Part shown: one piece after another, positions 12,335 through 24,611 of the stretch
Layout: each line of letters starts with the position of its first letter
How positions within the stretch are numbered: position 1 is the first letter of the stretch
Source: Harriotta raleighana
Lineage: Eukaryota
Direction of reading: 5' to 3'
Assembly (NCBI GenBank): GCA_050575255.1
Contig: JBNZDD010013721.1
Coordinates: forward strand, 8,660,055 to 8,724,054
DNA length: 64,000 bases
Program-made: the position numbers and the translations under genes
The notes under the pieces: generated by a model
Told to the model about the DNA's origin: nothing
Seen by the model: the letters and a program-made list of their open reading frames with translations, nothing else
Databases searched by the model: none

Positions 12335-12460
12335 ATAATGGTAATAAACCTTGCATTTGATATGGTGCCTTATTTTGCCAGCGAGGTGTCTCCAGGTGGT
12401 TCACAGGATTTATTGTAAAGTGTAGTGACTGCATATTTTATAGGCAAACGCAACCTTCAT
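12335..12460 (-). mobile_element. Main-family SINE 3' fragment (diverged)
   Basis: 'aataaaccttgcatttgatatggtgcc...ttcacagga..tgtaaagtg..gactgcatattt..ggcaaacgca'. Confidence 0.75.
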
Positions 12461-12632
12461 ATATGGCAGTGGTCTAATTTGCAATCTCTTAAAGTAATGA
12501 ATCACTGGAATGCCCCTTAAGCAGCAGAAACTGATTGAGCTCCCATTGTGTGATGTATGTCAGTTACAAGAATGAGATCTCATTTGTGTAACTTCTTAAC
12601 CATTCTGAGACACTACCCACGTGAAAGGTGCT

Positions 12633-13045
12633 CCACCTCACTGAGTCAGTCCTGAAGTTTGGTGTCTTGTTTGACCCTGAACTGTTCTTTCCGTGCCATG
12701 ACTTGCTTGGCTTTCCCCACCTCCGCAACATCAGCTGTCTCACACTGCAGCCCCTAAATCAAGCATTCATAACATCCAGGCTATGCAAACTCCCTGCTTG
12801 TCAGCCTCCCCAACTCCTCTGTCCATAGATTGCAGATCATCCAGAACTCTGCAGCCCATGTCCTCTCCCACACCAGGCTCTGTGAACCTATTGCACCCAT
12901 CCTCGCCCAACTCCACTGGCTTCCCATCACGCAGAGGATAAGGAGGATCCCGCCCCCCCCCCCCAGTTTGGGTCTGAAATACTGATTGTATAGCACCTTG
13001 GGACATCCTCCTGATGTGAAAGGTGCTATACAAATGCAATTTTAC
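12633..13045 (+). mobile_element. L2 LINE ORF2 C-terminal fragment with 3' tail (frameshifted, internally deleted)
   Basis: Translates piecewise to 'SVLKFGVLFDPEL', 'LRNI', 'AFITSRL' and 'ANSLLVSLPNSSVHRLQIIQNSAAHVL...IAPILAQLHWLPITQRI', the classic L2 post-RT motifs. The tail is 'gtgaaaggtgctatacaaatgcaa'. Confidence 0.9.
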
Positions 13046-15039
13046 TGAGCATTACAGTTCTTTCTGTTTCGCTTCTGGTTGCTGTATTTCATAGCATCAA
13101 ATCCTAGTCTCTGCTGTTGATTTGGGAGGTGCGGGTAGTGTGCATTGGGGAAGGGGAAATATAGGTGCAGAAACAGAGACCAATGCTGTTAGAATAATAA
13201 TTAGAAAAGGCAACACTGAAAATTACTTTTAAACCATCACGTTGCAGGAGTAAGCTTCAGCACAGCTGGAGAGACCTCAGCCAGGGATTACTGTAATTCT
13301 GAAGGTCTTTTTTTCATTCACACTTGTGATTACGTTAGGATACTGAGAATCTGCCGAAAGTCGTTTTATCCTGAATTGAAGCAATTGGGAAGTAATGTGC
13401 AAGGATGGATTATACTGGATTGATTTCTGGAGGTTTTAAAATAACATAATAGTGTTGTCATCTCGGCTGAAAATAATGGAGTTTTGCCGCAAAGGGTGCA
13501 GACATTTTATTTTACATTTGCTAAATGTGTGAGTCGCAGATGTCTGGATACGGTATCCGACAGTATTGTTCTGAATTTCACGATCCCATTTAAAATCTTA
13601 CATTCCTCTATATAAGGTCCCCTCTGAGACATCTCTTCTGATGTGCCCTAGCTTGTCTAAATGGTGGATGTCCGAGTTAAATAATAAAGAAAAAACTGCC
13701 GTGCGTATTTTTTTCCATAAGAGCATCCGGTTCATAAACATTTTTGATTTCTATAGTCTCGCAGCAGATCCGTACGGCTTTCCCAAGATTCAGACTCTTA
13801 ATTGATTGGTAGGAATCTGGAGCAAAGATCAAGAATAATGTAATTCATGTAACCTTTGGCTAGGAACCGAGATCTACTTGGGGAAATGTAAGGAATTTGC
13901 AAAATGTGTTTCTTTCTGAGTGTGCAATTCCATCTTGGACATGAATGTGAACGCTAATTTAAAGGAAAAAAGCTTATTGATTAACTGCTGGCTCTGCATC
14001 CATCCGAAAGGGAACCAGAAATACAGTCGTACATTTTGTATTTTAAAGCAAATGATGTGGACCTATTCGTGATGATTCTGACCTTAACGCAGACTGCTCA
14101 AACAGGAGTCGGGTTTGCTTTTCATGCTAAACTGCCACAGCTTCCTGTTTATATCCCCGGTTTTATAGAGTTACCTAGAGTTTAACCACATTTACATAGC
14201 TCATTGTTTACAAACTGGATTGATTTAACGCTCTTCCATCTATTCTCGGCACTCCAGTCTATAAAATGATGGGATTACTTTAAATAACAAGCAGTGGTGT
14301 GAAATCAGATGCACAAAGGGCAAATATCCATACACACACAGAAACAAATTGCAGTGACAGCAAATCACTGTAACAAGGTTAAACGCAACTTTTTTTTAAA
14401 CTCTTTGATGAACTTTATTTACTTTGTTCAGAATAGCGCTGAAAACATTGTCTGGGATGCAAAAATAGACATGCGGAAATCTATCTACGTGCTTAAGAGT
14501 ATCTGAGAATTCTGTGCATCCCACCTATACATAGAAGTCCAAGAGAGAGGTTGTTGGAATGGAATGCACACTCTCTCCCTGGAGGCCGCATCCTGCTTAC
14601 CTAATTCCAGAAACTATTAGGCACAAGTTGGTAAAGGCCAAGGCTTGGGGACGCCAAAGTGTGCGTTGGGTTAACTGCTGGAGTCTAACCAGCTAAAACG
14701 CCATAGCCTGCCATTGATTTCTCTGTCTGGCAAGCAATCCTGCCTCATTAAAGGGTTAAAGCGATGTAAATAAATACTGCTAAAATACAAATTGCTGTCA
14801 AGCTCACAGGGTAAGATTTATTTTCTTAATAAAAACTGGAATTTTGGAGAACAATTTTCAGTCATAACTGAAGAGTTCTGTTAATTACTGTTGTAAAACA
14901 TTTTTACTACGTACTGCTGCAGTCTCGATTATGATTGGCAAATTAGTCAATTGTTTGAGACCCAAACTCTCAGACTGTTTTCAATCTTTTTCTAAATTAA
15001 AAATGGGCATTAACAATGACAACAGGTTTGTATATCACA

Positions 15040-15200
15040 TCGAATCATATAGAATATATAGTGCAGAAACAGGCCAGTCAGCCCAACTTGTCTATGTTAG
15101 CGTTTATACTCCACATGAGACTCCTCCTGCTCTTCCTCAACTAAGCCCATCAGCATAACCTTCTATTCCTTTCTCCCTGATGTACTTATCTAGCATTAGA
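15040..15200 (-). mobile_element. CR1 LINE 3' end
   Basis: Contains 'cttcctcaactaagcccatcagcataaccttctattcctttctccctgat', identical to the block at ~45334-45382 that belongs to a CR1 3' end. Confidence 0.85.
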
Positions 15201-15234
15201 TACCCTTCTTAAATGGTTACCTATTGCAAGTGTT

Positions 15235-15475
15235 TTATCACTTGTTCTTTTCGGGCTTGTTACCTAGATTAGAACAAATGCCTTGAAGTGCTTCACAGAA
15301 GTGGTGTGGTAACCAGTATACAGTGGGAAGAGCTGGCTGTGGGAAAGAAGTCTTTAAAGGCCAATTAAAGAAGTAGGTTTGTAGAAGACATTTTGAACAT
15401 TGGGTGAGAGTTGGTGAGGCACCAGGATTTGGGGAGGGAGTTCCAATGTTTGAAAGGACACTTTCATTTTGGATA
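15235..15475 (-). mobile_element. L2 LINE 3' fragment
   Basis: The minus strand has 'tggaactccctcccc' (WNSLP) and 'ttcaaaatgtcttctacaaacctacttcttt' (similar to FK..LKTYLF), plus tail 'ctgtgaagcacttcaagg'. Confidence 0.7.
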
Positions 15476-15497
15476 CGAGAATTATTGTTTTTTGTCA

Positions 15498-15818
15498 ATA
15501 TAATAATAATCCTTGCATTTGATATAGCGCATTTCACGTCCTCTAGACGTCTCAAAGCGTTTCACAGAATATACTGTAAAGTGAATTGACTGTATATTTG
15601 TAGGCGAAACATGGCAGCCAATTGCGCACAGCAGCGTCCCACAAACAGTCGTGGATTGAAATGACCAATTTTATTATTGTGTGTATTTTAAAGGAATTAT
15701 TGTTAGGCATGTGGAGTAAGGAAACTTGCCCAAGATTTTGCCCTGACCTGCCTGGATTCGAACACAGGTCTCATACTTGTAAGGTAAGTGCTCTAACCGC
15801 TGAGCTACAGGACTCCAC
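15498..15818 (-). mobile_element. Full-length main-family SINE (tRNA head, Deu-like core, L2 tail; resembles chimaera SINE2-1_CM)
   Basis: The minus strand runs gtggagtcctgtagctcagcggttagagcac ... tgttcgaatcc ... gactgtttgtgggacgctgctgtgcgcaattggctgcc ... aaatgcaaggattattatta. Confidence 0.95.
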
Positions 15819-16789
15819 TAGATAGTGGAACCCTGTGAAAACACATTGGTTGAGATTGTTTAGAAAACATGAAATGCACTATATCAAATGATTATTATTA
15901 TTCTTATCCAAAAATTCCAATCCTCCTCATAACAGCTATGCTCATCATGATATACACAGTTAGGTTTCTGCACTACAAATAAATTTTACATTTGAAGGTA
16001 ACTCAATAATTACTGCTTGAGAACAAGGAGACCATTATTTTAAGGTAGATGAAATATGATCAGAATATCCCACAGAACTAATAATTATGGGAACTAAAGC
16101 TCTGAGGACAGAGATGTTGTATATTGAAATTGAAACATTAAATAATAGAGAAGGTGGGGCGAAGGTGGGTGACTACAAATCAAATCTAAAGGTCGAGAAG
16201 TGGATTAAATTCCAGTGTAGCTGAACTGGTTTATGGGGAGTCACAGAAGTTATTTTAATAAGGACAAAAAATGGAAAAGTAATTGAGCAATCCAACTGTT
16301 GTATGAATGTATCTGGAATACAAAAGTGAGCAAAATCCTAGTTAAATGATTGGGGTCTTCACTCTTGACTCAAGTAATTTTCTCTATGGATGAACTGAAG
16401 AACAATTAGAACTGAATGCTGCAATCTGAGGTAAGTGGAGCGCACATCATATGAAGGAGCTAAACAGTTTGCAAAGGCTGGTGGTTTACTGTTTGAGCAT
16501 TAAAGCCTTCAGAACAAATAGAAGAAAGTGGCAATAAAAAATAAAGCATGTACAGTTTAAAAACCAAAGGGCCATCGAGCTAAAGTCTGCAACTTTGTTC
16601 CACATGATGACTAAATGAGTATTTTTAATACACTATTGTATTATTTTATCGTGAGTACGTTTTATATTCTTATGTAATTAAATGTTCAGTATTTTATTCA
16701 ATCTATTAGCCAACATCCTGCTTAATGACCTTCACCTTTTGTAAAGAGTTTGGGAGAGCAGCACATGATGGCATAACATTCAGTAAGAT

Positions 16790-16872
16790 CACTCTCTAGA
16801 CTCGTGTATGAAGAATGGCCCTGAACGAGATACCTGAGGAGAGTTGGCATTTGTGATGCTGGACTAGAGCAT
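16790..16872 (+). mobile_element. LF-SINE-like 3' core fragment
   Basis: 'cactctctagactcgtgtatgaagaatggccctgaacgagatacctgagg' resembles the recalled LF-SINE segment 'CACTGTCTAGGCTCACACATGAAGAATGGCCACTTGGGCGAGGTACCGGAGG'. Confidence 0.65.
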
Positions 16873-17224
16873 AAATCAGCTTCGGGATAGAAAAAGGGAG
16901 AAAAAAAAGAAATTGAAAGTAAATCTTTGCAATGATTGAATAGTCAGCAAAAGTGAAATGTATAAATGAAACCCGCTGGCAATATCCCTTCACAACAAAG
17001 CAATTTTCCTTTCAAATATTATGTGGAACAGTGATGTTTATGTTGCCCTGAAGTGCCACATTTAGGTCATTTAAACTACCGGTGATGTCAATGTTCACAT
17101 TTACCTGGGATTGATGATACAGTCAATTTTGTCCTTTGAGGTCCTACAGAAGAGAATTAATATCATGCTACAGAGTTTGCAAATTATTGAGCTATCTACC
17201 TTATTATTATTATGCTTTAGGTTT

Positions 17225-17600
17225 AACACAAGATTAGTTTGGATGAAGAACTGATCTCATCTGATCTCATCATTCCAAAATACCCATTGTAGCATTGTCC
17301 CAACACAGCATCACCTGTTTTTAAACCAAATCCAGTGGCCTGGCCTTAATCATGCTTCTTGCAACCTGTTTCAGTTGTTAATTACCCTCTGGGTAAAGAA
17401 TAAGTTAACTGCCTGGTGTCTATCCTGAAATTGCTTTTTGCAACTCTAAACCTATGTCCTATTATTCTACTATCTTTGTGCATTCTAGAGTATTGTTCTG
17501 GGTTTACTTTTTTAATCTCACTTAATATTTTATATAACTCTATAAAGTCCCTTCTGAGAAGTTTTCCCTCAAGACTGAGACAGTTGATTTTTTTGCCTAA
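17225..17600 (-). mobile_element. CR1 LINE ORF2 C-terminal fragment and 3' end
   Basis: ORF 17382-17603 reads 'SLEGKLLRRDFIELYKILSEIKKV...SRIIGHRFRVAKSNFRIDTR', similar to CR1 'SLE.RRLRGDLIE.YKIL...TRGH..KL.K..FR.D.R'. Confidence 0.85.
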
Positions 17601-17824
17601 CACTCTGTACTCAAAGACTGAATCTGACTTCAGTACCTTGATCAGTTGTATTAATCATCGTACCTTTCTGAGCTAAGTTGCTCTTAAGTACAAAAGCAAT
17701 GCTGGACGAAAAAAGACCAAGGTCTACCTTGTTCGCCTTTCTCCTTCCTGACAGTTGAGTGCACATGTGTCGCAAACTACCTATGTACAGTACTATATCC
17801 TTCAATGTTATATCCCCAAAAGAA

Positions 17825-17910
17825 AATCTGTGTTTGAAAGAATCAACACCTGCTTCAAGCATCTCCCTAGGGAGCCTGTTCCACATGTTCACTGTTCGCT
17901 CTTCTTTCAA
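17825..17910 (-). mobile_element. CR1 LINE short fragment
   Basis: Encodes 'ERTVNMWNRLPREMLEAGVDSFK'. Confidence 0.75.
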
Positions 17911-18577
17911 TGGTTCACGCAGAGAGATCTAAAGTGGAATGTAATTGTATTCTAAGCTCCTAAATGTTTGCCTTCTGTTTGTTGACTACTCACATCAACG
18001 ATTAAACACAAATGCAATAACAATTCAAGTAAAATTGTGCCATCCAGTTTCTTTTATTTTCCACACCTCTCGCCTGTATTCTCTGAGCATGGGTACATAG
18101 ATGTCCCTTTTTTTTTCTCTTTTCTCCCACCACACCAAACTTGTTATTTTTTTCTTGTTATCAGCCATCATGTTCAATGCTTCAATGGCGTTCACCTGTG
18201 TATATAATTCGTACATGTGACTCTCACGGTGGGAGAAAAAAAGCAATGTTGAAACAGTAGTGCATTGATTACTGGTTGCCTCCTGTTGTGCTCCAAACCT
18301 CTGTGGCATTTTATCGTTGACCTTTTTAAAATCTATTCAACAGGCATGCAATTATCATGAATCCTTCCAGTGAGTAGGTGGATTCAGGTAGCTTTGGTTG
18401 ACTTGACATTGGTAAAAAAAAGTCAACCAGGAGCAGTATGATTTTTGCTGGTGCGCTATTCTGTACGAGTGTTCAATCGAACTTAAAAATTCCCCAGGAT
18501 AGCAGATGTAAAATTGGTGCAACATTATATCATTCTTTTCCAAAAATTGGTATTAATTTAATACATCAGCTTTTTAA

Positions 18578-18755
18578 AATCATAGAATCCTACAATTATG
18601 CAGCAGGGAAGGAGGCCATTTGGTCCATCGTGTCTATGCCGGCTCTTTGAAAAGAGCTGTCCAAATTAATCCAACTCTCCCCCGCTCCCTCCCCATAGCC
18701 CTGCAAACCTGTCCTCCCCAAATAACTATCTACATACTTCTCTCTTAAAAGTTGC
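18578..18755 (-). mobile_element. CR1 LINE 3' end (second subfamily)
   Basis: 'aatcatagaatc..ggaggccatttggtccatcgtgtctatgccggctctttgaaaagagctgtccaaa..gccctgcaaacctgtcctccccaaa', homologous to 41365-41640. Confidence 0.85.
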
Positions 18756-18821
18756 TTTCATTTGGCAAATCTTTCGACCGACAAATCTGAGCCAGCAGTT
18801 ATTATAATAACAATTGTAATC

Positions 18822-19008
18822 CTTGCAGCCAATTTTGAGCAGAGCAGTGTGCCACTAACAGCTATGAAATGAGTGACTAATTTTATTGGGATTATTGTTC
18901 GTCTCGACACTGGGAGAAACTCCCTATTCTTTTCCAAGAGTGCCATGGGAGTTTTAAACCTGTCGGAACAGGCAGACTCGACCTCGGTTTAACGTCTCAT
19001 CTTGAGAC
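18822..19008 (-). mobile_element. Old Deu-domain SINE fragment
   Basis: 'gcagccaatttt..agcagtgtgccactaacagc..gggagaaactccc..agtgccatggga..ggcagac..cctcggtttaacgtctcatc' is the reverse complement of the DeuSINE core as recalled. Confidence 0.75.
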
Positions 19009-21494
19009 ATTTCAACAAACAAGAGCAGTACAATAATATACAGTAAGTTCTTTATGATGCACAGCCAACAGACAGCACTGCTTCAACCCGGCTCATTGGC
19101 TCGCTTTAATTTGTAGACTTTCCTGCATTATTGCATTGATATTTTGAAATGGAAAATAGAAAAGATCAGGGATGAAAAAAAGTTTGAAAATTCAATAGAA
19201 CAGCTGATGGAAAAGCTGGGAAAATTCAATGATATTAGCCATGCAGAATGCTTTGCATTTCTATTTTGAAAACGATTTACTTAATGATAGGGGTAGGCCT
19301 GTTGACAAGAGAACGCTCAACAATATCGGAGTTCTTTTGTGGCAGTGTGATACAAGGGAGAATGGAGAGGTGCCAAAAACAAAACCTTTTTGATCTGCAA
19401 ACTCAAAACGATGTGTGACATGGGTTGTAAAACGAATGAATGAATAGTAAGGGATACTAGCTGTTGTGTTGGTGTAATTTAAGGGAAAACTAAAAATCTA
19501 ACAACTTGAGTTACCACAAGCGAGTCAGTCGCAACAAAATACTTCTCAAAATATATGACAAGTTATCTGGCTCTAGCCCGACTATCTCAGTGGGCATTGA
19601 ATTACATATTGTACCAGTGGGGAAAAAAAATGTTCATCTCAATATTCAGACTTCAAATCGTCAGGAGCCTGTGCTTTTGTTAAGCATCAAAACCCACGAA
19701 CCACGCTACAAGGAAAGAAAAAATATTGTCTCAGAGAACCAGACAAAGCTTCTGTTTTACGACTGTCAGTCTCCCATAAACGTCTTGTGTGTATGCTCAT
19801 TCCATCTGAATGCTGAGTTATTCTGTGGAGTTGAGTGTTATATAATTATTCAGTGCTCTGTGCAGTTATTATGTGTTGTTCAATGCTCAGTATTGAATTA
19901 TGCTGTGAAGATCAGGGCTGAGCGTTGAGTCATTCCGAGATGTCCCGATGGTTGGATACAATTATATTGCAGAGATAGTGCACTTTGTTTTGTTTGGCTG
20001 ATGTGTGGGTACATTACAACAAATTCCACCGAGCCATATGTCGTACAACAGCTGCATTAATTAAACAGCAATTTTCCATCTCCCTGGTGTGGATTATCAG
20101 TGTTGATTTAGTCAACAAAATCGTGAATAACTACAATAAAAGTGTAATCCATTTTCATTCCTTACATTGTTTTAAAACGTACAGAAGTGAAAACAATAGG
20201 ACAACATCCCGATGCAATTGGTTCATTTCGCCCATTCACCATGGCGGTTATTATTAACGTTATTTTGGGTGGTTTGCGAATTGAATTCCAATCTGAGTGC
20301 GGCCTCGCTAATATTGAAGCCAATGGTAGCATTTTGTGTTAATGCAGCAACGGTTTAAAGCTGTGACCTTGTTACCTTTCTGGTTGGCTCAATTACTCAC
20401 TGATCCATTGGGGAGAATGTCAGTCGTCCTTTCAAGGGATCATGCTTAGCTGTGTCCTTGACAAAAGCTGATGACACATGGTAGGGGGCCAATGCTTAAA
20501 GCCTAGCAATTAAGCAGCTGTAGAATGTGCAGCAAATAAAATGCTTCAGAAAGGTAATGCATTATAATAATCTTTTCTATCCTTTCCCACCCTCCTTGCT
20601 GTCTGGCCTTGTGTGGTTTAAGAAACCAGTTCCTACAGTGCCTCTTCTTAATAATAGCTGATGGACATTAAATGTTATTGGGAGGACAAGCATGTACATG
20701 ATGATTACAAACAGGAAATTGGGTAAGCAGTGAATGCTGTCGGTTTCATTTCCTCCTGCCAGAAACCACTGCCAAATAAAACCCGGAGCTCTTTAGTGAG
20801 AAATCTAATTATTGGAGGATGTAGCTGCAGGCCTCACCATGTCCCATGTTTTGGTCAAGCAGCATGGGTACAGCAGCTGTTGTTAATTAACGTTCCAGTT
20901 TATACTCTCACCCGACCTGTCAAAGGTGATTCGGGTTCAAATCACAAGACTGTAAAATCTTTACATCAGCAAGTTCGAAACCTTTAAAACTTAAAATTGG
21001 AATTTTTTTAATTACAAAATAAGTCGACTAATTGTATGCTGGTCGTTTCAGCCAGCTATAAGTAACTCTCTAAACTGTAGTGCACGTAAGATGTACTCTT
21101 TTACACATCTAAAGAATAAGTACCAAACAGTATTACAATATCAAACCTGTTAATCTCTCCAAGCCAAAACTAACAAGCAAGCTGGTGCTCGCTGGACAAA
21201 TAGTATGAAAGTGTTCACAATGACAGTTTTAGTGGTTAATCTCCAGCAGGTATTTAAACACACACTCTGGGGTCCCATAGGCTTGGCTCTTGCCAACCTT
21301 CACCGAATACTTTAACCTTATATCTGAGCATTGTTTTATTCTAAAGTGTTACAAGTAATACTGGACCCGGAGTGAAACCTCACGACTGTCAAAAGAGGCC
21401 TATTTCGTGGGAGATCCAAACATGTGTCTGAACAAAGTCAAATCAGTTCAAATGGTGTATGGATAACCTACATCATTCAAGGTCTAGTCTAGCA

Positions 21495-21612
21495 TAATAA
21501 TAATAATCCTTATATGTAATATAGCGCCTTATCACATCTTTGTTGCATGTCAAAGCTGAACACAGAACACTATCAAGTGAATTGACTGTATATTTTGTAG
21601 GTGAAATATACA
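21495..21612 (-). mobile_element. Main-family SINE 3' fragment
   Basis: (AAT)n-ccttatatgtaatatagcgcc ... aagtgaattgactgtatatt. Confidence 0.8.
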
Positions 21613-23010
21613 AGTCTAAGCCTCAGCCGTTGGAGAATTTTGAGGAAGTGGAAATGAAAGTGGCTGCCATAGAGCCAGGGCACTGATTTCTGCTGGTGAA
21701 TTTGATTTCAGTTGCTACTGAGATCCCAAACCATATTACTGAAGGTATGGGTTTGATCCCTGAGGGTGCTTGTTGCCTTGTTTGGCAGTGCTTTAGTTTA
21801 GATTACATCCTATCCTACAGCGTTCACCAGATGTTATACGGTTTCCATTACGCTCAATTCCACTCAGTCTAAGACGTTTCCAATAAATCGTATCAAGGTA
21901 TAATTTGTTTCTATTGCAGTCCTGTTTAAAGTGGGTAATGTTGGTCACTACCACCATACAATCAGTTTTCGCGGGAAGTAAACTGACTGAGCGTATTGAA
22001 TGAAATGAGCAAACTTATTTGATTTTATAGGACTGTATTCAATTCACATTTATTATAAGGGTGAACTGTTTTAGTGTGCAGTGCTACATTAAACGTGCTT
22101 TTAGTTAGAGCATCAGTAGCTGAACAATGTCTGTATTACTGAAGGATTATATACCTCATAAATAGTGGAGGAGCCAGACTATATTTCCTGGTCGTCACAA
22201 CAGTAACATATTGGACTCAGGACTTAAACTTGAACCCCAGACTTAAATGGCATTTACTTTCAAACAATATTCCCAATTAGAGCTTTTTTGCCCAGAGGAG
22301 ATCAGTAAACCCAAACAAGTGACCTCTCCGCAACCATGTGTTTTCCAAAATCATCAAAACTTTTGGGAATAAGTAAACAAAGTCCTCTCTCATTCATCAA
22401 ACTCTCCATTCAAACATATTTGCAGTCATCTTGCTTAAACATTTAGTAAATGCTGCTTTTCATTCTTTATTGAATCTGTTAAGGATCAGTGTAAGTGCTG
22501 TTTCACATCACCACTGACATTAGCTTTTTTAAATAATATTATTTTGGTGAAATTGGACTTTTCGAGCCATATAGATGATTCACAGAGCGCCGGCATTGTG
22601 TAATTGCCCTGAAGAATGTGCTTTTGAATACTGATAGAATAATTACCATATTATTCTACTCCTGCTAATCGTTGTGAACAAATAGTATTATCATATATAT
22701 CCCCCAGCGCATCTTAATGAAAACATCTCAGCAGCTATCATTTGTATCTACTCCCATTTGCAATTTTAAAATCTTATGAAATGTGTGCATTTGATTCGAA
22801 AGGACAGCCGCGACACACAAACATATCCCTAATGTGGGCATATGTTAAGTGTCTTCAGCCAGTTTTATTGCAGGAATAGTATTTTGGACTTGCTAGCTCT
22901 TACTCTCGCTCATGGACTGTATATGGTTTTGTTGCTCTGGAGGTTAGAGACTATGATTTGCACTCCCGAAGCCTTACATGCATAACTATCCATTGCAGTC
23001 TGTGTAGCCT

Positions 23011-23181
23011 AAAATAGAAATCGCTGGGAATACTCAGCAGGTTAGGCAGTGAGTCAACGTTTCGGGTCCACGACCCTGATTCACTTTTTCTTTCTCCATA
23101 GATGCTGCCTAAGCTGCTGAGTGTTTCCAGCCATTTCTGTTTTTGTTTCAGATTTCCAGCATCTGCAGTATTTTGTGTTTT
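23011..23181. mobile_element. Penelope-like inverted-repeat (fold-back) remnant
   Basis: 23011-23049 pairs with ~23105-23143. The element is homologous to 49873-50084, and its minus strand contains agggtc-gtg-gaccc-gaaac. Confidence 0.75.
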
Positions 23182-23519
23182 AGCATAAAATAGATCTATT
23201 ACAAATTTACCCGGGTCACTTTGCCAATGCAAAATGTCAGTTTGTTCCTTTTATTTTATTGTTTAACCTCTGCACCAGCTTAATCCTATGAATAACGTTT
23301 GGTGCACTCGAGATCATAGCTTGTACAGAAAATATGTGGGTGTAAAGAGAAGTGGAAAATATACAGCATGTGTTAATGGTTACTCAATCATACACATGTT
23401 ATTTATCCATTACTTCCTCAAGGGTCATTCAATGGTTGTATCAATTAAATATGAATTTGAGCAAGGCCCATGTGTTAACATAGAATAAACAGAACAGCAT
23501 TGGAGTATCAGACTAAGTG

Positions 23520-23602
23520 AGTTCAAAGCCCCGAAGTGAGGGCTTGAACCCACAACATTCTGACTACAAGGTGCGACTGCTACCAACTAAGCCAGTCTGA
23601 CA
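23520..23602 (-). mobile_element. SacSINE1-like tRNA head fragment
   Basis: The minus strand reads tgtcagactggcttagttggtagcagtcgcacc..tcagaatgttgtgggttcaagccc, with A and B boxes. Confidence 0.7.
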
Positions 23603-23953
23603 GATCAACTAAACGTCGTTCAATAATCCTGCAAATGAAAATAAATCAAAGCATTCTCCGCAAATTGTAGCTACAGTAATTATATTTTGGTTGATCTGAC
23701 GGCAGATTTGAGAATTATTTTGGTGCATGAATTGTTCTTAAATTGGTCAGATTTTTACATCAAGCAAAACTTCATTTTGCTGCTTTAGACGTGTGTTCTA
23801 CAATCAGTTGGCTAACGACATTTTCCTTTTTGTGTCTTCTTTGGGACGATTTGACAAGTGTTGTTGAGATCCAGTCTGAAATGTTTCAATATTTTTCCAG
23901 GAGCAGTACTCAAATTCCATGATCCATAATCAGAATTCTGTGCAGAAAATTAT

Positions 23954-24188
23954 TAATAATAATAATAATAACCCTTGTATTTGATATAGCACTTTTCACG
24001 TATTCTGGACGTCTCAAAGCGCTTCACAGAATATACTGTGAATTGACTGGATGTTTGCGGGCAAAAGGCGGCAGTCATTGATTGAAATGACTAATTTTTT
24101 ATTGCTGGGAATCAAATGCAAGTCTCTCGCTTGCAAGGCGAATGTTCTAACCACTGAATACTGGACTCCACTGAGCTACAGAACTCCA
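23954..24188 (-). mobile_element. Main-family SINE, internally deleted
   Basis: Tail and head are both present with the middle shortened, and the first ~19 nt of the head are imperfectly duplicated (24151-24188). Confidence 0.85.
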
Positions 24189-24611
24189 TTTTACCTAGGT
24201 ATAGCTCTCTCAGAGACTAAAATTAAACCTTACATTATTATGACTTAGTTTCCAGCTAATTAAAATTTCATCATGACATATATTAAGAATATTTACACAT
24301 GTTGCAGCAAAAACAGACAATGCCCCAGATAACTGCAGTCCTCACTCTGCTAGAAGAGATTTAACTGTCAGGTATTGTAGAACCAGAGATTTTGTTGGAG
24401 GCTGAAATCAATTGGGAAACAGATTGAGAAAAATGAAAGGGCGACAACCTATTACTGTACTGTAAGAGTTCAGTGAAATATGCACAGTTTAGATATATTG
24501 ACCAGACTCTTAATGGAAATATCTGAGCAAAGAGGATGTTTTGACATGTCGTGGATGATCTCTTGCTAACTCTCAGGCTGCTGGCAGATTCCCTACTAAA
24601 GTCCGACATTA

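Noticed and set aside
13343-13797. Possible degenerate TIR pair (gaatctgccgaaagtcg / cggctttcccaagattc)
   Set aside because: Identity between the arms is too low to distinguish from chance without an alignment.
16010-16330. Possible CR1 endonuclease-region relic (and an RT-region relic at ~28960-29090)
   Set aside because: These are purine-rich and suggestive but too decayed for me to recover diagnostic motifs reliably.
19506-19928. Longest ORF (140 aa)
   Set aside because: It has a non-ATG start, a low-complexity C-terminus and no recognisable homology. This length is expected by chance in 64 kb.
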